64,000 nucleotides of DNA from Chiloscyllium plagiosum (taxonomy: Eukaryota): NCBI RefSeq assembly GCF_004010195.1, contig NC_057718.1, forward strand, positions 14,915,992 to 14,979,991, read 5' to 3'. The notes below the pieces were generated by a model. It was not told where the DNA came from. It searched no databases and saw only the letters and a program-made list of their open reading frames with translations. Positions 38,087 through 50,360 of the stretch are shown here, in pieces. Position numbers and translations under genes: made by a program. Position 1 is the first letter of the stretch. Each line of letters starts with the position of its first letter.

Positions 38087-40479
38087 ATTCACAGCATGCA
38101 GCTATCACATTAGGAGACTGATACTTAGCAAAAGGTAAGTTGTATCAGGGGCAAACTGCAGAAGCACCGCAAGCCATTGAAATTTTACTCATCTACACAC
38201 ACCTCTTGGGGCAAAGTTAGCATTTCCAATTAAATACATTTGATGGATTCTAGACCTTATAGAAGCCCCTATCCTTTATTCTACCCAACCACTGTAACCT
38301 TCTTCAACCTTGTAACCTTTCGAGATTTCCGCAATCCTCCATTTCTGGTCTCTTGCATATGATCCATTTTAATCTTTCCATCTTCAGGAGTCATGCATGC
38401 AGTGACCTGGGAGCTGTAACAATCTGGAATTCCCTCCTGAAACTTCAACACTTCTCCATCTCTCCTCGAGACAATTGTTTCTTTGACTGAACCTTTGAGA
38501 GGGGATCTTGTTGAGACAAGACAGGACTTGACATGCAGAGTGTTTAAGAGACTTGGGCTAGGGAACACAGTTCAAAAATAATGGTTCTCCAACTTAAGAT
38601 AGCGACGGGGAGAATTTGTTTTCTCTCAGAGGGGTGTATATCCTCGGATCTCTTTTCTCCAGAGAGTAGTGGAAGTGGGGTAATTAAATATTTTTAAGGC
38701 AGATGTCGACAGATTTTGCCAAACAAGGAAATGAAAAGTTATTGGGTAGGTGGGTTTGCAACATTGAGGCCACAATCAGATTACGCATGCTGTTATTAAA
38801 TGGTAGAACAGGCTCAAGGGATCAAACCACTTGGTCTTGCAGCTAATTCAAACATCTGTATATTTTTGGTCATCTATTCTGATATCTCCTTGTGAAGAGC
38901 CAGCAGGAAACTCATGTCTTCTCTTTCAGGGAATACATTGAATGGAATACTACTCAGGCATTTAACTAGACAGCTATAAGCCTTCTCTGGGATCAAACAC
39001 ACCAGTGGCAGAAGTCCCAATCAGAAACCAGCAACTCTATTGAGCAGCAGCAAATTTTGGGGCTGGGAAGGTGGTGATGATGTGGAGCCTTTGATTGAGA
39101 GATCCTTCTCTTGGAGCCTGCAAGCAACCAGGTCTGTTTGGCAATGCTCCACGTATGGCAGGTCTCCACCCACTGCTGGGTTAATACCAGCAGCAGAAAG
39201 ATCCAGCCCTCAAATGGGCAGCAAATTGCCCACATCAGAGCCTCAATTGGTATGGTAGTGGAAAGGCTGTCCAAAGGTCTTCTTGCCACAGACTTGAAAG
39301 AAATGGAGGGAAAATGAAGAGATACCCAGCTGTCACCCCCAGCCTTAATAAATACCCAGTCACACAGGAGGGCATTGGTTGTTCCACTTTCGTTGGCTCT
39401 ATCCGGTATCTTTTCTCTTAATGTTTCCCTAAATTTGTCTCAATGTCACTGTTTAATGGTCTCAGTTTCCCTGCACACTGGCACTTTACCAAGCGAGAAG
39501 GTGGTGGGTGCAAGTCCCCAGGACAGTGCCCATGCAGTGTATTAGAGAGGACACATTTCAGACAAGACATCAAACTGTGTTGGGAAACCTGTTTGGGTTG
39601 AGATGGAAGATCTTTCAGCTGTGATGGTCTCATGTGACATGGGCTTGGATAGTTACAATACAGTTTCTCATATGCCTGGATCTATAAACACAAAACTATC
39701 CTAATTCAGTAATCCACAGTTAACATTATTCAGACAGGTCTCCAGAAAGCAGATGTGGGAATTTGAGAAGTTCACACTGGACTTTTCAAATTCCAGCCCA
39801 GAGAATCACCTGCAATGGCTTATTTTCCATTTCTCCCATTATTACATCTGGTGTCCTCCAAGGATTTATTGTTGTCCCTATTTCTCATCAATACGTTTTC
39901 TAATCAACATGTTAAGAGATGTTATTGCCTCTGTTGGAGGGACTTGAATCCAGACCTCCTGGCTCAATAATTAATCCATTTGATGACTATGTGATCAACC
40001 TTGAAGGACCTTTTTATCTGTCATCCATGGCTCAATTGGCAGCACTCTGTTCAAGACCTATCCAAGTCTAATGCTCCCAGTGGATTGCTGCCCCATTGGG
40101 GTGTTGTCTTTGAATATTCAAAGATGAGCCCTGGACAACAGTTATCGTTCCACCAACATGATTGAGGTGAAATCATCTGGCCATTCTACTAGTTGCTGCA
40201 TATTCAGTCAGTCCAACTCATTCCCTACACTAACCACACTTGACAAGCATTTCATTGGCTTTAAATTAAGGTTGTGACTGCTGGCTGTATGAATGCAAGT
40301 ATATTTTGATTGCAACCTTATGGCATCGATGTCACCCTTTGCAGGATTTGTGGCAGATCATCTATTTAATTAAAACGGACTTTGTAGCAACTTGTTACAG
40401 TTCTATGCAGGTCACATTGTCATAAAGCTATCAGAAAAGCTTGATATTGGAAAAGGTGTCAACACTATGCACACTCATA

Positions 40480-41100
40480 CAACAGGTAACTGAACATGGC
40501 AGACATTTAAATTAGGCTGTCTTGATGCAGCTGTCAAATTTTTGGAAAGATGTCCAGTGCCTGCATTAATTTCCTTTTATATTTTCTTTTCTACTCAGCT
40601 GGTAAACCATTCTGCACCCCAACCAAGTTTGTTTTCTTACTTGTATGTAATAAAACGCTAGGGAAGCTGATGCATATAACCTTGTTTATTTTTGTGTCCG
40701 GAGGATTTAGTGGGGCTTAATTTGCCGTGAAACACGATTAAACATCCTGGTCTCAAATGCATTTATTAGGGCTATGAATATTTAGGGCACATCTTTTATT
40801 TTCATTGATCACTTAGCTGTTTGACAGAAGAATGTAGGTTTACTTCAGTCACATAAACTGAAAGATCTGCACTCAAATAAAATTTTATCACAACTGTGCA
40901 AAATACACCAGATGCATTTAAATCACCTCGAAGAGCCATGATCATTGTCTTGTAGGTAATAACACTGCCATATTTCAAAGAGCAACAAGAGAAACTTACA
41001 TTTATAATGATAATTGGGAAAAACATCTCAAGGTTTTTCCACAGAAGCATGAATTGAAAGTCTAATTTTGCTGGCCAAGGCAAGAGTTTGACCTGGACAC
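40480..41100. promoter_or_regulatory. Candidate conserved non-coding element
   Basis: Repeat-free, AT-rich, with CTGTCA/TGACAG (MEIS-type), GTAATAAAA (posterior HOX/CDX-type) and TGTTTAT (FOX-type) motifs. Confidence 0.3.
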
Positions 41101-41760
41101 AGGGAGAATATCCACAATATTGCCCCATGGAGTCTTCCATGATTTCCTGGAGCTTCAGGACAGAGATTTGACTTCTCTGGTAAGAACATTATGGCATTCC
41201 TTCAGACTTATACTTCTTTTCTCATTCACATACTTGTTTAGTGGTGAGGATGTCGCTGGCATTTATTGCCCATCCCTAATTGCCCAGAGAGCAATTAAAA
41301 ATCAACCACATTGCAGTGGGTCTGGAGTCACATACAGGCCAGATGAGTTAAGGATGGCAGTTTCCTTCCCTAAAGGACATGAGTGAACTACATAGGTTTT
41401 TACAACAATCAACAACAGATTTACAGTCATCATTAGACATGTATCTCCAAATTATTTATTGAATTCAAATTCCCCATCTGTCATGGCAGGATTTGAACCA
41501 GATTCCCCAGAACATTACCTGGGTCGCTGGGTTAACAGCCCAATAATTATACTAGTAGACCATTGCCTTCCTGATGTAGTAGGGTTTATTCAAATTCAAG
41601 AACGGATCATGCATCCACAGACTTTGGATTACAAGATGAATGTTTCGAGCCCAGCAACATTAACCGTCAAGATTGGGTAATCATTGAAACAAAATGAATT
41701 TGTGTTCTAATTTCATCAGTTGGTCTTGTCCGATCTGTGAAGGCAGTTCAAAAAAATGTA

Positions 41761-42073
41761 ACCCCAGGGCATCAATGTGACTTCACCAGTTTCCTCATTT
41801 CCCCTTCCCCCCACGACTTGTCCTACCTGCCTATCTTCCTTTCCACCTATCCACTCCACTCTCCTCTCTGACCTATCACCTTCATCCCACCCCCATTCAC
41901 CAATTGTACTCTATGCTACACTCTCCCCACTCCCACCCTCCTCTCACTTATCTCTCCACCCTGCAGGCACTCTGTCTCTATTCCTGATGAAGGGCTTTTG
42001 CCCGAAACGTCAATTTTCCTGCTTTTTGGATGCTGCCTGAACTGCTGTGCTTTTCCAGCACCACTCTAATCCA
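41761..42073 (+). mobile_element. PLE 3' end
   Basis: PQGINV..FTSFLISP remnant, pyrimidine-rich UTR, hammerhead and tail. Confidence 0.85.
41980..42015 (+). ncRNA. Minimal type I hammerhead ribozyme motif
   Basis: attc-CTGATGA-a-GGGC-tttt-GCCC-GAAAC-GTC. Confidence 0.78.
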
Positions 42074-42226
42074 AAAAAATGCACTGTCAACCAACTGTGG
42101 CTCATTTAATAGCATTTTCATCTCTGAGTCACAGGTGCAATACAGAGGGAATGCTGTGCTACCAGAAGGGTCTTCCTTTGCCTGACACTTCAAACCAAGA
42201 CAAAGTTTGCCCTCACAGATGGATAT

Positions 42227-42936
42227 TGAAATAACTCCAGAGAGATCATTAAGTCACCTTTAATTTACACATGGCACTGACCAGCTCCCTTAGAACCAGC
42301 TCTCAGACTGAACGGAACTTCTGACACTATTGTTTATTTTTCTTTCTTTTTCCTTCTTTCTTGCCCCCACACTGCCGCCTAACTGTGGTAGTGCTTATTT
42401 TTCCCCAGCACCCATGTTGTGTGTGTACAGAGACACAGTGAAAGACAATAGGTGTACAAATCTTTATTCAGTTTCCACCACCAGGAAGAAAGGAAACACC
42501 CGAGTGGCCAGTGGCAAGCAGTGCCCTTCACATCAAAGGGCAATGCTGCCTGATCAAAAAGGTGAAGGGGAGGGCAGGGGTTAAATCAAAATAGAGTCGG
42601 AGGGGGAAATAATACACTCCACTCCCTGCGGTGCCCACTTTTCCCTGAAAATCTCGAGGGTATTGGTGGACACTGCATGCTCCTTCTCCAGAGACACCCG
42701 GGCTCTGACGTAACCGCGGAAGAGGGGCAGGCAGTTGGCCCTAATGACCCCCTCCATGGCCCGCTGCCTGGACCTGTTTATGGCCAGTTTGGCCAGGCCC
42801 AGGAGCAGACCCATGAGGATGACACTGCTGTTTATATCTGTCAGCCAGGCTCCCTCATTGGGGCTATTAACTTGGTCCAATCTGAGAACTCATATTCCAT
42901 GAGTTCCACCTGGCTGACCTCATTACAATCACTACA
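42227..42936 (-). mobile_element. Short solo LTR (~210 bp net) containing a Tx1 insertion
   Basis: Minus strand starts TGTAGTG and ends TTATTTCA, with internal TATAAA and ATTAAA. Flanks are gatat / gataa. Confidence 0.65.
42338..42819 (-). mobile_element. L1/Tx1-clade LINE 3' end
   Basis: LLLGLAKLAINRSR...CLPLFRGYVRARVSLEKEH...FREKW ORF2 C-terminus, AATAAA and A-rich tail. 16-bp TSD tgacact(at/gc)tgtttat at 42322-42337 and 42820-42835. Confidence 0.85.
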
Positions 42937-43124
42937 GATAAAAGAGATCCCATTATTCAGATGAAAAGCAGGGGAGTTATTGTGGTGTCCAGGAACATAT
43001 TTATCTCTCAGGGAGCATCTCCTAACAGGATACTGTTTGTGGGAGTTGGTGTGTTTTATTACAACAATGACCAGACTTCAGAAGCTGCCTTATTGACTCC
43101 AAAGCACTTTGAGATGTCCCGTGG

Positions 43125-44460
43125 TCTGAGAGGAGTAAAAGTAGTTGGGAAATTATTGGAGAAAGTTCTTAGGGACAGGATTTACTCGCATTTGGAAAAG
43201 AATAGACTTATTAGAGATAGTTGGCATGGCTTTATGTTGGGGTAGTCTTGTCTCACAAACTTGATTAAAATTTTTGAGGAAGTGACGAAGATATTTAGTG
43301 AGGGGATGGCAGTGGATGCTGTCTATATAGACTTTACTAAAGCATTTGACAAAGTTCCTCATGGGACGCTAGTCCAGAAGATCAAGTTACATGGGATCCA
43401 CGTTGAGTTGGCAAGTTGGATACAAAATTGGCTTGGTCATAGAGATAGAAGGTAATTCTGGAGGGGTGATTTTCAGACTGGAGGTCAGTGAACAGTGGTG
43501 TTCTGCAAGGATCAGTGCTGGTCCTCTGTTGTCAGTAATCTATGCATAAATAATTTGGACAAAAGTGCAAGTGGTCTGATTAGTAAGTTTGCAGACGACA
43601 TAAAAATTAGAGTTGTAGACAGTGAGTAAGCTTATCAAAGGATACTAGGAGAAAGTGAGGACAGCAGATGCTGGAGATTAGTGTCGAGAGTGTGGTGCTG
43701 GAAAAGCACAGCAGGTCAGGCAGAATCCAAGGAGCAGGAGAACCAATGTTTCAGACATAAGCCCTTCATCAGGGCAATGCTGCCTGGTCAAAAAGGTGAA
43801 GGGGAGGGCAGGGGTTAAATCATAGAGTTGAAAGGGGAAATAATACACTCCCTCCCTGCGGTGCCCATTTTTCCCTGAAAATCTTGAGGATATTGGTGGA
43901 CACCGCATGCTCCTTCTCCAGAGACACCCGGGCTCTGACATAACCCGACATTTATCAAAGGATACAGCAGGACATAGATCAGTAGAGTGGTGAACTGGCA
44001 GATGGAGTTTAATCCAGACAAGGGTGTCATGATGCATCTTGGGAGGTAAAATGTAAGAGAAAAGTATACATTAAATGGTAGGACCCTTAAGAACATTGAT
44101 ACACAGGGGGATCTTGGAGTGCAAGTCTATTACTCCCTGAAAGTAGCAACAAAAGTGGATCAGATGGTAAAGAAGGCACACAACATGCTTGCCTTTATTA
44201 GTCTGGGCATTGAGTGTAAAAATTGGCAATTAATGTTGCAGCCAGATACAATTTTAACCAGGCTACACTTGGAGTACTGTGTGTAGTTCTGGCCATTATA
44301 GGAAGAACGTGGAGGCTTTGGAGAGGATGCAAATGAGGTTTACCAGGATGTTGCCTGGATTGGAATGTATTAGCTATAAGGAGAGGTTGGATAAACTTGG
44401 GTTGCACATCAGACGCTGAGGGGTGACTGAAAAGAAATATATTAAATTATGAGAGGCATG
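43125..44460 (+). mobile_element. CR1-type LINE, degenerate RT region
   Basis: HGF..G.SCLTNLI..FEEVT..VDAVYIDFTKAFDKVPH and ISKFADD motifs, with stops and frameshifts. Confidence 0.9.
43646..43951 (-). mobile_element. Chimeric insertion: Tx1 fragment fused to a hammerhead-bearing PLE tail
   Basis: PLE part 43646-43773, Tx1 part 43771-43945. Perfect 14-bp TSD ttatcaaaggatac at 43632-43645 and 43952-43965. Confidence 0.85.
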
Positions 44461-45648
44461 AGCGCTAGGACTGAAGGGTTCTGCAGCAGGGGTTAGACCA
44501 GCCAGTGGAACCAAGCTAGAAAAGATAGTCTTGGTGATGCCATGGATCAGTGAAGGGAAGCTCACCTTGCGGAGAAATATGACACCAAAGTTGAAAACTT
44601 AAAAGCATACTCTTTTATTTATACTTACATAGGATCTAGGCCTTCCTGGTATTTATAGCCCACTCTGCACTGTCCCTGAACTGAGTAGCACACTGGGCCA
44701 TTTCTGAGGGCTATTCAAAGTTAACCACTTGCTGTTGGTCTGGGGTCACATCGAGGCGAGACTAACATGGATGGTGGATTACTTTCTGTAAAGGATATTA
44801 TAGATGAATCATCGTAACAAATAATGTTAGTTTTCTGGTCTTCACCAAATAGAATTGCTTTCATTCCCAGATTTATTAATTACGTTTAAATTCTACCAAT
44901 TGCCATGGTGGGATCAAACCATGCGTCCCAGATCATTTTCCTAATCAGTGCCCTTTGGGTCACACCAGGGGTGACATAACATTTGTGAATTTATGAATTC
45001 AGTCCGTGCACTTGATCAGAAAATATTACACAATGGTATTGTTCCAACCTCTGTGCCAGAAGACATGGGTTCAAGTCTCACCTGCAGCCAGATCTGAGTT
45101 TCACATACCTGAACAGATATTTGAATAATTTGTATAATATTGACAGCTTTGACATCAGACAGGTAGCTGCATATATCTCAAAATAACTGGATTGGTGATG
45201 CAGGACTCTATTGCCGACCAGTTTTCATACAATAATTTGCACAGCAACACTCACTTTTGGGTTCCCATATTCCCTGTAACTGCAATAAGTCAAAAATGAA
45301 AGAAAAACAATTCTCAGTTTACTGAGACAAAGTGCAGTGCAGGTTCAGAGCACGTCACACCTTTCAGAACCAATGTCTTACAAGAAATGAGTCAAGAGAA
45401 ATTCAAGGACTTCAAAGCCCTGAACACAGTCAGAAACGAGTTGCAAAGAACCTTGTGTAGAGAGCGATGGAGAATGAAAACAGCGATGCAGACTATACCA
45501 AAGCTACACTCCAAAGTGAAGTTCAATCAAAAAAGATCGCAGTGTGAATAGCTCAAAGAATCCTTTTTGGTTCATTTGATCATCTTACATAGAAAGATTG
45601 TCTTGGATTTAAGTAGCATTTATCAATTTCTATTTTAATTATATTTTG

Positions 45649-45829
45649 TGCAGAGCACTTGAAGCTTTGAAACCCGTGGTGTGGAGATAAGGTTCAAGAA
45701 GTACCTGTCAGGCAGGAAGGAAAGGGTCGTGCGAGGGAGCCGTGGTTTAATAAGGAATTGGAATCCCTTGTTAAATGCAGAGCACTTGAAGCTTTGAAAC
45801 CCGTGGTGTGGAGATAAGGTTCAAGAAGT
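45649..45829 (+). repeat. 54-bp perfect direct repeat flanking a 73-bp CR1 ORF2 fragment
   Basis: Copies at 45649-45702 and 45776-45829. The insert reads VPVRQEGKGRAREPWFNKELESLVK. Confidence 0.88.
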
Positions 45830-46074
45830 CATTAAACACACAGCACAACAAGACTGATGTGTCTTTTTAAACTCAAGTAGATACATCACCTTTCCATTCT
45901 AGGTATATTTTTGTTCTGAGGTTTTACACATTATAGAGAGCATTGCTGAAAATTGTTGACAAAGTTTTTTGTCTTGCATTCACCAGAATACTAATGTAAA
46001 CGGGAACGACATTTTATATTTTAAGATAACACAGTTTAAAGTCACACAGTTTGCTGTTCCCCTTTATGTTGTTG

Positions 46075-46800
46075 TTAGAACCTAAGAACCAGGAGCAGGA
46101 GTAGCCCCTCCAGCCCCTTGGGTCTGCTGCCCAATTCAATATGAACATGGCTAATCTAATTGGGCACAACTCTACCTTCCTGCCTGTTCTCCATAACCCT
46201 TCAACCCATTGCTGATAAAAAAATTAATCAGTCTTCTCTTTCAATACACTCCATGTCCCAGCATACACTCTGGAGTAGTGAATTCCATGACGCTTTGAGA
46301 TAAGTAATTTCTCTTCATCGTTGTTTTGAAGTTGCTACCCCTAAAACTAAAACACCTCAAAACCTTGAGCTCCCATTCTAGATTTCCCTACATGAGGAAA
46401 CATCATTTTTATATTGACTTTGTCAATCCCCTTGAATATCCTATCAACCTCAATTGGATCTCCTCTCATTCCTCTGAACTCCAGAGAGTATATGCCTAAA
46501 CTGCTCAATCTCTCTTCAGAATCTAATGAACCTCCTCTGAGGTTGCCTCCAACACAACTATATTCCTTCTCAAGCAAAGAGACCAAATTTGTATGCAATA
46601 CCTTAGATGCGGTCTCACTAATGTCTTGTACAGTTACAGCAACACTTCCCTACTTTTATACTCTATTGCTTTAGCAATAAATGTCAAAATTCCATGTGCC
46701 TTCCTCAGTACCAACTGTACCTGCAAACTAGCTTTCATGCATCTGGACACACAGTTCGCTGTTGCCAAAGCACTCTGAAGGTTCTCTCCATTTAGATAAT
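46075..46800 (-). mobile_element. Old CR1-type LINE 3' portion
   Basis: EERLSSLGIYSLEFRGMRGDPIEV..IFKGID on minus. Confidence 0.8.
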
Positions 46801-46876
46801 ACATTCTTCACATATCTCATACTTGCAAGACAAAAATGTCTCTTTTTTTCTCATCAATACTCAAGTAACTTAAAGA

Positions 46877-48445
46877 AATGTCCATATGACAGAGGAGTAG
46901 TGATGGACATCTTAAAATAGAACAAAAGTGGATACATCAGCGGGACCTAATCAGGTGTACCCTAGAACTCTGTGGGTAGCTAGGGAAGTGATTGGTGGTC
47001 TTCTTGCTGAGATACTTGTAACATCAATAGCCACAGATGAGGCACCAGAAGAATGGAGGTTGGTTAATATGGTGCCACTATATAAGAAAGGTCATAAGGA
47101 AAAGCCAGGGAACTATAGACCGGTGAACCTGACAATGTGGTGGGCAAGTTGTTGAAGGGAATCCTGAGGGACAGGGTTTGCATGTATTTGGAAAAGCAAG
47201 GACTGATTCAGGATAGTCAACATGGCTTTGCATATGGGAAATCATGTCTCATGAACTTGATTGAGTTTTTTGAAGACGTAACAAAGACGATTGATGAGGG
47301 CAGAGCAATGGACGTGATCTATATGGACTTCAGTAAGGCAGTTGATAAGGTTCCTCATGGTAGACTGGTTAGCAAGGTTAGATTACATGGAATACAGGGA
47401 GAACTAGCCTTTTGGATACAGGGTAGAAGGCAGAGGGTGGCGGTAGAGGGTTGCTTTTCAGACTGGAGGTCTGTGACCAGCATTGTGCCACAAGGATCAA
47501 TGCTGGATCCACTGCTTTTCGTCATTTATATAAATTATTTGGATGTGACATTGGAGATATGGTTAGTACGTTTGCAGATGGAGGTGTAGTGGACAGTGAA
47601 GAAGGTTACCTCAGGATCTTGATCAGATGGGCTAATGGGTCAGGAGTGGCAGAGAGAGTTTAATTTAGATAAATATGAGGTGCTGTATTTTGGAAAGGCA
47701 AATCAAGGCAGGACTTATATACTTAATGGTAAGATCCTGGGGAGTGTTGCTGAACAAAGAGACCTTGGAGTGCAGTTTCATAGCTCCTAGAAAGTGGAAT
47801 CGCAGGTAGATAGGATAGTGAAGAAGGGGTTTGCTATGCTTACCTTTATTGGTCAGAGTATTGAGTACAGGAGTTGGGAGGTCATGTTGCAGCTGTACAG
47901 GACATTGGTTAGGCCACTTTTGGAATACTACAAGCAATTCTGATCTCACTACTGTTGGAAGGATGTTATAATACTTGAAAGGGTTCAGAAAAGATTTACA
48001 AGGATGTTGCCAGGGCTGGAGGGTTTGAGCTATAGGGAGAAGCTGTATAGGGTGGGACTATTTCCCTGGAGCATTGGAGGCTGAGAGATGACCTTGTAGA
48101 AATTTATAAAATCATGAGGAGCATGGATAGGGTAAACAAATAAAGTATTTTCCCCATGTGTCCAAAACTAAAGGCATAGGTTTAGAGTCAGAAGGAAAGG
48201 TACTAAAAGGGACCTAAGGGGCAACTTTTTCATGCAGAGGGTGGTGTGTGTATAGAATGAGCTGCCAGAGGAAGTGATGGAGGCTGGTACAATCACAACA
48301 TTTAAGAAGCATCTGGATGGGTAAATGAATATGAAGGTTTGTAGGGATATGACCCAAATATTGGCAAATGGGACTAGATTAATTTAAGATATTTGGTCGG
48401 CATGGATGAGTTGGATCCAAGTGTCTCTACATATCTAACTCTAAG
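46877..48445 (+). mobile_element. CR1/HER1-type LINE, 5'-truncated ORF2 pseudogene
   Basis: PGNYRPV.LT, SQHGF..GKSCL.NLIEFF, DVIYMDFSKA.DKVPH, VPQGS.L.PLLF.IYIN and FAD motifs, then the 3' end. Confidence 0.93.
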
Positions 48446-48892
48446 TTCTGTACTGGGAAACAACTGCACAGTGGTGGTTCTCAAAGCATTGTTGTCTGCA
48501 GACCACTTAGCTAGAGCATAACACATCAGAGAATACTTACTGATCCTAGGCTACTCACCATTGCAAAAAACACTCATCAGAGTTAATGGGAACTTATAGA
48601 AACAATGAACATTTTGCTGCTTTATTATAATTAAACTTAAGTGCATTAATTTTTTTTTAATTATGAAACTATTAATTTTTGCCACAACTAAAAGTACAGA
48701 CATTTCCAGAATAAACATTAATAATTACATTTAATTGAAAGTGCTATAAAATCATCACAATAATCTTCTGACAAAAATAATGCTTATCTTATATCTACAT
48801 TAAACAAATAAAATCAACAGTAATATAAATCTTGCTAATAAATCTACAATGCTGTTGCTCACAGAAATACTGGTTCATGCTGTATCACATTA

Positions 48893-49213
48893 AAGAATCC
48901 CTAGTATGGATGCAGTCCATTCAGCCCATTGAGTCTACACTGACCACCCAAACAACAACTTTCCCAGACACATCCCCTTCCTTTTTACCTTAATTTCCCA
49001 TGGCTAGACTATCTAGCCTGCACATCCCTGGACACTATGGGCAATTTAGTATGGCCAATCCATCTAACCCACACATCTTTGGACTGTGGGAGGAAACCAG
49101 AGCACCTGGAGAACATGAATACTCTATACAGATATTCACCCAAGGGTGGGACAAACCTGGGACCCTGGTGCTGTGAGGCAGCAGAGTTAATCATTGAGCT
49201 ATCGTGCTTGCCC
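48893..49213 (-). mobile_element. HE1-type V-SINE, degenerate
   Basis: Reverse-complement copy. Confidence 0.8.
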
Positions 49214-49803
49214 AGGGGTGAAGGGGTGATCTCTCATGTGGCCTCACACATCAGCCTCTAGAATTGCAGAACAACCAATTGACAACCAGTGATCCAGTGT
49301 CCACATTTTGTGACACACTGATCTGGAGCCTGGCCAACTTTTCACATTCCCAGTGGTAGAACTGTGATGACAGACTGATATCCTGCAGCAAGTGAGAAAG
49401 TCATCATTAAATTCAAATTTACCTTTCAAACCTCATGAAGGCATTAATGAAAAAAATTTAAAATAGAAAATTATATTCCAATGATTCAAACATGTCAAGT
49501 GGAATCACAGAAGTACAAGATTATGCATTATGCATGTACCCGCTGATCTTTATTAAAAACTTGTAGAGTTAAAAATGAAAGGAATCTGGAAATGTCTTGA
49601 CTGGGTAGAGTAATCACTTCCCCTGTGTTAGCAGCGTTGTAAATGAAAGACTATTATGTTTTTGGGTCACTACTCAAATCATGCACTCATCGTCAGACTG
49701 GAACTGGATAAACACTGCTTGCTTATTTCTGTTTGTCGCTCCAAGAATTGCACTTTACTTTCCAAGAAACAGTGTTTCTGTCAACAGCGATGGATTTGAT
49801 AGA

Positions 49804-50360
49804 CAGTGGTGACCCCGGAATCCAAACACCCTATTGTTCGAACAACTCAGAATCCGAACAATTATTTCGAGAAAATTTTGCCCTAAAATCCGAACACATT
49901 TTCAGAATTCAAACACCACGTACCGTTCAGGTCACACACTGTTTGTTCAGTTCGTCCCCGGAAGTAGTCGTGAAAGCATCTCTCGTGTGTCCATCATTAG
50001 TTTATCTCGTGTTTTCACCTTGATTTGTGCTGGTTTTTTAAATGATCACCCTTGTGCATTCACCATGGCACCCAAGAAGAGCAGTGAAGCAAATAAGAGT
50101 AAGAGGAAGTCCGTGAGAACGACAATTCAATTGAAGAAATAACTTATCGCTAAGCATGAGAGCGGTACGTGTGTGTTTGATCTCGCTGCCATGTTTGAGA
50201 TGCCGAAATCAACCATGTTTATGATTCTGAAAAATAAAGAAGTGATAAAAGCAGCTGATGTGGCAAAAGGTGTTACGACTCTGACCTCTAAGAGATCGAA
50301 GTTTATAGAGGAGGGGGAAAAACTCCTCTTAGTGTGGATAAATGAAAAACAGTTGGTTGG
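49804..50360 (+). mobile_element. Tigger/pogo-like DNA transposon, 5' part
   Basis: Starts cagtgg with subterminal tccgaaca-like repeats, followed by the transposase N-terminus. Confidence 0.8.
50065..50360 (+). pseudogene. Tigger-type transposase N-terminal CENP-B-like HTH domains
   Basis: MAPKK..KRK.VRTTIQLKK*LIAKHESG..V.DLA..F.MPKST...ILKNKE.IK..DVAKG...EKLLLVWINEKQL.G. Stop at 50140-50142; truncated by a LINE. Confidence 0.85.

Larger units (their letters stand above)
42085..43125 (+). mobile_element. Deu-domain SINE split by nested insertions (parts ~42085-42226 and 42937-43125)
   Basis: ...ccctcacagatggatat | gataaaagagatccc...gcaggggagtt..ggtgtcc rejoins into a colinear SINE. Confidence 0.65.
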
